Of a stretch of 32,000 nt of DNA, positions 25,920 through 32,000 are shown piece by piece (the first letter of the stretch is position 1; the number at the start of each line of letters is the position of its first letter). A model generated the notes under the pieces. The model saw only the letters and a program-made list of their open reading frames with translations, did not search any database and was not told where the DNA came from. The translations under genes were made by a program, and so were the position numbers. This DNA comes from Candidatus Saccharimonadota bacterium (lineage in GTDB: Bacteria > Patescibacteriota > Gracilibacteria > UBA1369 > 2-02-FULL-48-14): NCBI GenBank assembly GCA_041661045.1, contig JBAZVE010000001.1:990001-1022000 (forward strand), read 5' to 3'.

Positions 25920-26952
25920 GGTTTTGAAGTTTATTTAAAAGTTCTTTTAAATTGGAAGATTTGTCTTTTGGACAGATGAGAGTGAATCCATCGGCACTCA
26001 CCACCACCATGTTTTTGAGGCCAAAGGCGGCAATTTTTTCTTGGCCTTCATTGTAGATGAGGCTGCCTTCGCAATCCACTGCGGTGGCATCTCCTTTTAC
26101 CAGGTTGGATTTGGGGTCGTCGGCGAGCTCTTCGTGCAAAGAAGCAAAGGTTCCGATGTCGCTCCAGCCCAAATCGGCGGGAATGATGCGCACACGGGAA
26201 GGGTCCACTTTTTCCATGATCCCGTAATCGATCGATATTTTATCGCAGAGGGGGTAATAGGTTTCGATGCTTTCTCCCGCTTGAATCTTCATGAGTTGTG
26301 TATAGGTCTTGGGGAGGTGGGTTTTGAACTCTTCTAAAATGGTCTTCACTTTCCACACATAATATCCGGTGTTCCAGAGGTAACTGTAAGAGGAAAGGAA
26401 GCGTTTGGCGGTTTCGTAATCGGGTTTTTCTTTAAAGGCTTTGAATTCATAGATTTCGACGCCGTCCCTTTCTCCCAGCATGCGTCCGATGCGCACATAA
26501 CCCAAATTGGTGTTGGGGTATTTGGCTTTTACCTCGATGATGTTGAGCGTGTCCTCCTCCTTTGCCAAGAGCTCTGCTGTATACAATTTTTGTTCAAACT
26601 CCTCTCGATCTTGGACCAGATGATCTGCATACACCACAGCCATCACGGCCTCGGGATCTTTTTTTGCGATGAGGGCGGCGGCCAGACCGATGCAGGGGCC
26701 CGTGTCCTGAATGCTGGGCTCCAAAATCAGGTTCTCTTCGGGGATTTGAGGGAGCTGGGCTTTCACAAGATCCTTGTACTGTGCGTTGGTGCTGATGTAG
26801 ATGTCCTCCGGTTTTACAAAAGAAACGCGATCGTAGGTTTCTTGAAGCATGGTTCGGCTGGAAACCAGTTTTTGGAATTGTTTGGGTTTTTGGGGATGAC
26901 TCATGGGCCAGAGTCTTGTGCCCACGCCTCCCGCTAAAATCACAATTTTCAT
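25900..26952 (-). CDS. manC: Mannose-1-phosphate guanylyltransferase-like nucleotidyltransferase
   Basis: 350-aa ORF. N-terminal MKIVILAGGVGTRLWPMS, a G-x-G-T-R-L sugar-nucleotidyltransferase signature. The central region resembles ManC/CpsB. Confidence 0.85.
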   Translation of the reverse strand: MKIVILAGGVGTRLWPMSHPQKPKQFQKLVSSRTMLQETYDRVSFVKPEDIYISTNAQYKDLVKAQLPQIPEENLILEPSIQDTGPCIGLAAALIAKKDPEAVMAVVYADHLVQDREEFEQKLYTAELLAKEEDTLNIIEVKAKYPNTNLGYVRIGRMLGERDGVEIYEFKAFKEKPDYETAKRFLSSYSYLWNTGYYVWKVKTILEEFKTHLPKTYTQLMKIQAGESIETYYPLCDKISIDYGIMEKVDPSRVRIIPADLGWSDIGTFASLHEELADDPKSNLVKGDATAVDCEGSLIYNEGQEKIAAFGLKNMVVVSADGFTLICPKDKSSNLKELLNKLQNHESNGN

Positions 26953-27701
26953 AGTGCAAAGAAGTAAAGGTCTAGAATCGGATCTCCGAGGAAGAAGGCT
27001 AGCACGGTTCCGGCGGCAAGAAAAGGTCCCAAGGGCACAGCGGTTTTTCCGTTTGCTTTTTTACTGAGCAAAAGAAAGATGCCCACAGTGGAGCCCAAAA
27101 TGTAAGCCATGAAAATGGCGAGCGGAGTGAACGGCCAGCCCAGCATGAAGCCCATAAAAGCTCCGATTCGAATATCTCCGCTTCCAAGCCAGCGCCCTCT
27201 TGAGATTAAATATTGCAGACCAAAGAAGCCGATGCCGATGGCGCCGCCGAAGGCGGCGCTTTGAATGTCCCCGATCCAGAAATTTGCCACAAAGGCATAG
27301 AGAATGGCCGGGAGCATGATGGCATCGTGGATTTCTTTATAACGGAGGTCGTAAAAGAAAATGAAGAGCAGGACAAAAAAGTTGGGAACCAGAAAGGCAA
27401 AGAGCTCCCAGTTTTGTACTTGAAAATAAAGAAGGGCGAGGAGAAGTCCGGAGCTCAGCTCAGTGAGTGGATACCACCATGAAATTGGTTTTTTGCAGCT
27501 TTTGCAGCGGCCGCGAAGCGCCAGGAAACTGAGGAGAGGCACAAGGTCTTGAGGACGAAGCACTGTTTTGCAGTTGGGGCAGTGCGAGCGGCCCTTCACA
27601 ATTCCGGTTTCTCCCTTGTGCAGTCGTGGAATCAACATACTTAAAAAGCTTCCTAAAATCAGACCCAAGATAAAACACAGGAAAAGAGAAGGGAGCATCA
27701 T
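26949..27701 (-). CDS. pilD: Type IV prepilin peptidase (A24 family)
   Basis: 250-aa polytopic ORF. Cys box CPNCKTVLRPQDLVPLLSFLALRGRCKSCKKPISWWYPLTE. Two Asp regions (YKEIHDAIMLP and GSGDIRIGAFMGFMLG). ATGA overlaps at both ends. Confidence 0.9.
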   Translation of the reverse strand: MMLPSLFLCFILGLILGSFLSMLIPRLHKGETGIVKGRSHCPNCKTVLRPQDLVPLLSFLALRGRCKSCKKPISWWYPLTELSSGLLLALLYFQVQNWELFAFLVPNFFVLLFIFFYDLRYKEIHDAIMLPAILYAFVANFWIGDIQSAAFGGAIGIGFFGLQYLISRGRWLGSGDIRIGAFMGFMLGWPFTPLAIFMAYILGSTVGIFLLLSKKANGKTAVPLGPFLAAGTVLAFFLGDPILDLYFFAL

Positions 27702-29107
27702 GGATTTTCTTGCTCGCTAAGGTTTAAGGCGTTGTATTGCTTCGCGGCTTCAATGCTGAGCGCGTCCCCGGGATTGGCCAATTCGTAGGCTTTTTTGAAT
27801 TCCCATTGTGCTCCATCCTTGTTGTTTTGGGCTAAACGCAGCAGCCCTGCGGTGTAATGGGCAATGGCCAGGTTGGGATCTAGATCAAAGGCGGAGTCGA
27901 TGGCTTCGTTTGCTTCTTCCAGTTCTCCTCGGCTCAAGTGCACGGCCGCCAAGGCGGCATAGGCCTCTGCATTTTGCGGAAAGCTGCTGACTCCCTCTTT
28001 TGCCAAGGTCAGCGCTCGGTCGAGATCCCCCAGTTCTTCCATGGATAAACGGAGGGCTTCTTCAAACAGCGTAAAGTCACCGGCATCGATTTTGGTGAGG
28101 TATTCGTATGCGGCCAGCGCATCTTCGTAGCGGCCGAGTTTATTTTGGCTCTCCGCCAATTTGCGATATGCCTCACCCTCAGGTTCGAAGTCATAGAGCA
28201 ACGCCAACTCAAATGCATCCACGGCTTCCTCGTATTCTTCTTGTTCAAAATGAGCCAGTCCCAAGAAGTAATGCGTCTCCGGTTTTACGGCGTCCAACTT
28301 TTTAGCTTGTTTGAAGGCGTCTTCCGCTTCCATAAATTTCTCCATTTTCAGTTCGGCATAGCCCAGGAGTATCCATACATCCCGGTAATCGTTTTTTTCG
28401 TTCAAAATTTGGAGGCCCAAGTCTTCCGCCAAAGGATATTCGTCCGCATCAATCAATGCTTTGGTGAGCAGAGCTTTTAAGGTGATGAGCTGAGCGCCTT
28501 GCTGCTCTTTGTATGTTAAGAAAGCACTTTGAAAGGGTTGGATGAGCCCATTGGCCAAGTTCCCACTCAAATCCGCGGCTTTTTCGATTTTCCTTTCGGC
28601 TTCTTCAAAGTTTCCAAAGGCCATTTCGATGAGTCCCAAATAAAATACAGTGGCCTGATCTTCGACATTGCCTTCCTCCAATAGTGATTTTGCCGCAGCA
28701 AAGTCTTTCACTCGCATGAGTCCCACGGCCACCGCTACGCGCGTTTCATCGCTGGGTCTGAGTTCGTAAGCTCTTTTAAAGCTTCCCAGCGCGTCGGCAT
28801 AGGCCCCCATTTTGAGATACGCTCCTCCGAGTTTGGAATATGCTTCCTCTTCGCTTTCTTCCAAGCTGATGGCTATGGAGTATTCCGCTGCCGCCAGCTT
28901 ATAATAGCCGTTTTCAAAAAGTTGGTCGCCTTTGGAAAGGCGCGTTTCATAATTGAGGGGGAGGTCTGCGGCCGGGATTTGGAGGGATTCTTCTAAAAGA
29001 TTAGCCTGGAGCAGAGGTTTTGCAAAACTCACAAAGAGGAGAGCGAGCGTCAGAAAAAGGAATGAGGAAAGGGCGATGAGTCCAATTTGAGTGGCGCTGT
29101 TTTTCAT
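27698..29107 (-). CDS. Membrane-anchored tetratricopeptide (TPR) repeat protein
   Basis: 469-aa ORF with an N-terminal TM helix (IGLIALSSFLFLTLALLFVSF). Repeated 34-aa TPR-like units follow (A..Y..A......EA...LG.AY...G.Y..A...F..A). Confidence 0.85.
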   Translation of the reverse strand: MKNSATQIGLIALSSFLFLTLALLFVSFAKPLLQANLLEESLQIPAADLPLNYETRLSKGDQLFENGYYKLAAAEYSIAISLEESEEEAYSKLGGAYLKMGAYADALGSFKRAYELRPSDETRVAVAVGLMRVKDFAAAKSLLEEGNVEDQATVFYLGLIEMAFGNFEEAERKIEKAADLSGNLANGLIQPFQSAFLTYKEQQGAQLITLKALLTKALIDADEYPLAEDLGLQILNEKNDYRDVWILLGYAELKMEKFMEAEDAFKQAKKLDAVKPETHYFLGLAHFEQEEYEEAVDAFELALLYDFEPEGEAYRKLAESQNKLGRYEDALAAYEYLTKIDAGDFTLFEEALRLSMEELGDLDRALTLAKEGVSSFPQNAEAYAALAAVHLSRGELEEANEAIDSAFDLDPNLAIAHYTAGLLRLAQNNKDGAQWEFKKAYELANPGDALSIEAAKQYNALNLSEQENP

Positions 29108-29111
29108 GGGG

Positions 29112-29585
29112 TCATCTTATCGTAGCGGCAAGGGTTAGGGCAAGGCTTAGAGCATCGGCAGCGTCGTCAGGTTTGGGCACTTGTTTGAGATTGAGTTCCA
29201 GCATGACCATTTTTTGAATGGCTTTTTTATCCGCGCGCCCATCACCCGTGAGGGCGCGCTTCATGGCGCTTGGACTGATTTCGTGCACCATGAGCCCGGC
29301 TTCTTCCAATGCCAAAATGATCACGCCGCGGGCGTGGGAAACTTGAATTCCCGTCGTAACATTCTTTGAGAAAAAAATTTGTTCAATGGAGCAGATGCTT
29401 GGCTTGTAGTCACGGATAATTTCACTTATATCCGTATGGATTTCTTTGAGTCTTTCCCCCAGAGGCCGCTTCGCGGCCGTACGCAAGACTCCCACGGTGA
29501 GGAGCTTTTTCTCTTTTTTTGCATTCATTTCTAAAACGGCAAAACCGGTGGTGGCGAGGCCGGGGTCTATTCCAAGAATGCGCAT
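29112..29585 (-). CDS. ruvC: Crossover junction endodeoxyribonuclease RuvC
   Basis: 157-aa ORF. MRILGIDPGLATTGFAVLE with the catalytic Asp, then EQIFFSKNVTTGIQVSHARGVI, and a C-terminal DDAADALSLAL. Confidence 0.93.
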   Translation of the reverse strand: MRILGIDPGLATTGFAVLEMNAKKEKKLLTVGVLRTAAKRPLGERLKEIHTDISEIIRDYKPSICSIEQIFFSKNVTTGIQVSHARGVIILALEEAGLMVHEISPSAMKRALTGDGRADKKAIQKMVMLELNLKQVPKPDDAADALSLALTLAATIR

Positions 29586-29607
29586 GGCCTCAGTCTACCC
29601 GATGCAC

Positions 29608-30648
29608 TCAAGAAGAAAAGAGTTCGTGATCTTCTTTCAGTGCTTTTTCGCAAATCTCCGCGATGCGCGCCAGGGTTGCCACCGCTTCTGTGGGATAGGA
29701 ACCCACGGCGGTTTCATTGGAGAGCATCACGGCGTTGGCTCCATCAAAGATGGCGTTGGCGGCGTCGCTCACTTCCGCTCGCGTGGCTAGCGGGCTTTTG
29801 ATCATGGACTGCAAAACTTGAGTGGCGATGATCACCGGTTTTTTGGCTTTTCGGCAGAGGGCGATGATCTTTTTCTGTTCCACAGGAACTCGTTCCGCTT
29901 CAATTTCAATGCCAAGATCTCCTCGCGCCACCATGATCCAATCGGAGGCCTCAATGATTTCTTTTATTTTCTTGAGCGCTCGAGGGCGTTCGATTTTTGC
30001 AATGATTTTCACTTGCTTCGCCCCGAGCTCAAGCAAAGCTTTTCGCACTCGTTCAATGTCCTCCGCCTTCTCCACAAAAGAAACGGCCACGCAATCGACT
30101 TTTAGTGTTTTCACCCCAAACTCAAGGTCCTTTTGATCCTTTTGATTCAGCGCTTCGGAGGCGGGGAGTCGAGAGTCCGGAATATTGACCCCTTTGTGCG
30201 ACTTTAAAACCCCTCCGATTAAAACTTTGGCTTTCACGAAGCCCTTTTCTTTGGATACAATTTTTGTTCGAATCAAGCCGTCCTCAATCAATAAATGGTC
30301 GCCTTCTTCCACCACTTCCGCCAAGGGAGGATAGGGGAGGGGAATGCAGTTTTCTTGTTTTCCTTTAGTGCAAAAATTCAGGACTTGGCCTTTTTTCACC
30401 TTAATGCCCTCCGGGGGGAGGTCTCCCAGGCGGATTTTTGGCCCCTGTAAATCTTGCATGATTTCTATTTTTTGACCACTCTCTTTTTCGGCGGCGTGGA
30501 TGTTTTTCACGATCTTTTTAAATTGGTCGTAAGAGCCGTGTGAAAAATTGAGGCGAGCCATATTCATGCCCGCCTCAATGAGTGCTTTAATTTCTAGTTT
30601 TTCTTCCGTTGCAGGCCCTAGAGTCGCAAGGATTTTGGTCTTTCGCAT
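29608..30648 (-). CDS. pyk: Pyruvate kinase, short form lacking the C-terminal (allosteric) domain
   Basis: 346-aa ORF. MRKTKILATLGPAT...GMNMARLNFSHGSYD, then MVARGDLGIEI and MLSNETAVGSYPTEAV. The protein ends ~25 aa after this block, where canonical ~470-aa enzymes continue with the C domain. Confidence 0.9.
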   Translation of the reverse strand: MRKTKILATLGPATEEKLEIKALIEAGMNMARLNFSHGSYDQFKKIVKNIHAAEKESGQKIEIMQDLQGPKIRLGDLPPEGIKVKKGQVLNFCTKGKQENCIPLPYPPLAEVVEEGDHLLIEDGLIRTKIVSKEKGFVKAKVLIGGVLKSHKGVNIPDSRLPASEALNQKDQKDLEFGVKTLKVDCVAVSFVEKAEDIERVRKALLELGAKQVKIIAKIERPRALKKIKEIIEASDWIMVARGDLGIEIEAERVPVEQKKIIALCRKAKKPVIIATQVLQSMIKSPLATRAEVSDAANAIFDGANAVMLSNETAVGSYPTEAVATLARIAEICEKALKEDHELFSS

Positions 30649-32000
30649 CAGTTCTTAAGTTTACGGTTGTGGTAGAAGAGCCCGAGTCCGGCCAAGCTGG
30701 CGAGCACCGCGAGAGTTCCCAATGCAATCACCCAAGGAGAAGTGGTTTCTCCACTGATGAAGGCGGTGTTGGTCACCGTGAACTTGATTTGTGTGGGGCT
30801 ACTCTTGGCGCCGGTTTCCAGGTCCATAGCGTACCATGTGGCCGTGTGCTCTCCAAGTTCCAGGTTTTCCACCGGTCTTGCGTACACGGTTTGTTCCGCG
30901 GCATCGGCAATCAAGGTTTGGCTGTATATTGTGCTTTGCCATGCAATCATGATCATGTAATCGTCTGCTGCTTTTAGTGCAAGGGAAGGACGGCGTTCAT
31001 TCACTACCGATCCATCTTGTAATCCCAAACTGATGTATTGAGGTTTCTTCACATAACTGACCACATTGAGGGCCAATGATCGTGAGAGTCCGTTTACAGA
31101 GTTCAGATTTTTACCGGTGGTGAGGATCACGGTGTGTTCTCCTTCGGCAAGTTCGCTTGAGCTTAAGAGGACGAAACGACCTTCTTCATCGGACTTTGTT
31201 TCTCCAATGAGAACCAATTCGTTCTCAGCATCCACTTCGTAGGCTTGAACGGTTTCTTCTTCTGCGGCGGCGTGACCGATGAACAGCACTTGGCCTTCCT
31301 CCACAGTATCTCCATCCTTCACATTCACCACATTGAGCATTTCAGCGGCGGAGGCGGGGGTGGTGACAAGGGGGTCTGTTCCATAGTGGAGCACTTCATC
31401 TCCATCACTGAGCCCGTCGCCATCACTGTCTTCATCTTGAGGATCGGCATCAATAGTGAGTTCATGCAAGTCTGATAGACCGTCTTCGTCGGAATCGATG
31501 GACCCCAGAGAATCCGTGATTTCTTCGTCTTCAATGTAGTCGATGAGGATTTGTGGATCTACTTCCTGTGCGGTGTAGGCGAGGGGGGTCTCATCTACGG
31601 TATCGCTGATTCCATCTCCATCACTGTCGGAGGATTCAGGATCGGTTCCTGTCTCAAACAGTTCGAGAGTATCGCTGATTCCATCTCCATCGGTATCCTC
31701 TTCATAAATATTTCCTCCACCGATGAGCTCCTCCCAGTCGAGGGTTCCATCTCCATCCGTATCTCGGGTGCCGTTGAGCACCTTGTCTTTAATAAAGAGA
31801 TTGATGAGGATTTGAGGAACACCTTGAGGATTTTTGTTTCCAAAGAACTTGGTTTCAAAAAGCTTGAAGTTGTACTTCCCTTCTCGAACAGGTTTTTCAG
31901 GGAGACCGTCTCGAATGCTTTTAATGGTGATCGGTTCCACGAATTCATAGATTCCACTGAAGAAACTTCGTACGGTAGCATCCTCTTTGATGGGCTTCGT
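30648..32000 (-). CDS. Cell-surface protein (5'-partial; frame open to the window edge) with TSP3-type Ca-binding repeats, two Ig-like domains and a C-terminal hydrophobic anchor
   Basis: The ORF-track start at 31940 is a GTG. The same frame stays open through 32000 (...TKPIKEDATVRSFFSGIYEF-VEPITIK), so the N-terminus lies outside the window. DTDGDGxxD repeats aa ~58-190. Two beta-rich Ig-like segments. C-terminus GETTSPWVIALGTLAVLASLAGLGLFYHNRKLKN (TM helix plus basic tail). The stop overlaps the pyk ATG (TGATG). Confidence 0.85.
   Translation of the reverse strand, partial: TKPIKEDATVRSFFSGIYEFVEPITIKSIRDGLPEKPVREGKYNFKLFETKFFGNKNPQGVPQILINLFIKDKVLNGTRDTDGDGTLDWEELIGGGNIYEEDTDGDGISDTLELFETGTDPESSDSDGDGISDTVDETPLAYTAQEVDPQILIDYIEDEEITDSLGSIDSDEDGLSDLHELTIDADPQDEDSDGDGLSDGDEVLHYGTDPLVTTPASAAEMLNVVNVKDGDTVEEGQVLFIGHAAAEEETVQAYEVDAENELVLIGETKSDEEGRFVLLSSSELAEGEHTVILTTGKNLNSVNGLSRSLALNVVSYVKKPQYISLGLQDGSVVNERRPSLALKAADDYMIMIAWQSTIYSQTLIADAAEQTVYARPVENLELGEHTATWYAMDLETGAKSSPTQIKFTVTNTAFISGETTSPWVIALGTLAVLASLAGLGLFYHNRKLKN

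Overview
This is a compact, gene-dense bacterial window of about 28 genes, roughly 25 of them on the minus strand. Many stop/start codons overlap, and I saw no Shine-Dalgarno motifs. It uses the standard genetic code, since many genes end in TGA.

Housekeeping genes are rpoD, greA, lgt, pyrG, a malic enzyme, purA, trpS, priA, secDF, a manC-like gene plus a cupin, pilD, ruvC and pyk. They are interleaved with a dense set of cell-surface genes:
- four proteins with C-terminal SLH (S-layer homology) triplets
- thrombospondin-type-3 (TSP3) calcium-binding repeats
- Ser/Thr-rich linkers
- a 5'-partial adhesin-like gene running off the window's right end

One tRNA-Arg(UCG) sits directly next to a two-gene restriction-modification cassette. 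I found no CRISPR array, rRNA, transposase or integrase.

The gene content and style suggest an uncultivated, small-genome lineage, possibly CPR/Patescibacteria and perhaps Peregrinibacteria-like. That guess is low-confidence and cannot be verified here.

Most interesting observations:
1. A SecDF fusion in which a parvulin-type PPIase module sits where the periplasmic P1 head normally lies.
2. A roughly 50-nt two-hairpin intergenic repeat family. It shows compensatory stem substitutions and GNRA loops in the minus sense. The hairpin sits exactly 24 nt upstream of two unrelated start codons.
3. Two translationally coupled paralogous giant SLH proteins. They share an unrecognised Cys-bracketed module (three copies) and a conserved N-terminal anchor motif ending LKGR(W/F)G.
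4. A C5-methyltransferase plus an unrecognised putative endonuclease wedged between the tRNA-Arg gene and a metalloprotease gene.
5. An orphan protein with two PilC/GspF-N-terminus-like repeats fused to a coiled coil and a membrane anchor.
6. A pyruvate kinase lacking the entire C-terminal regulatory domain.
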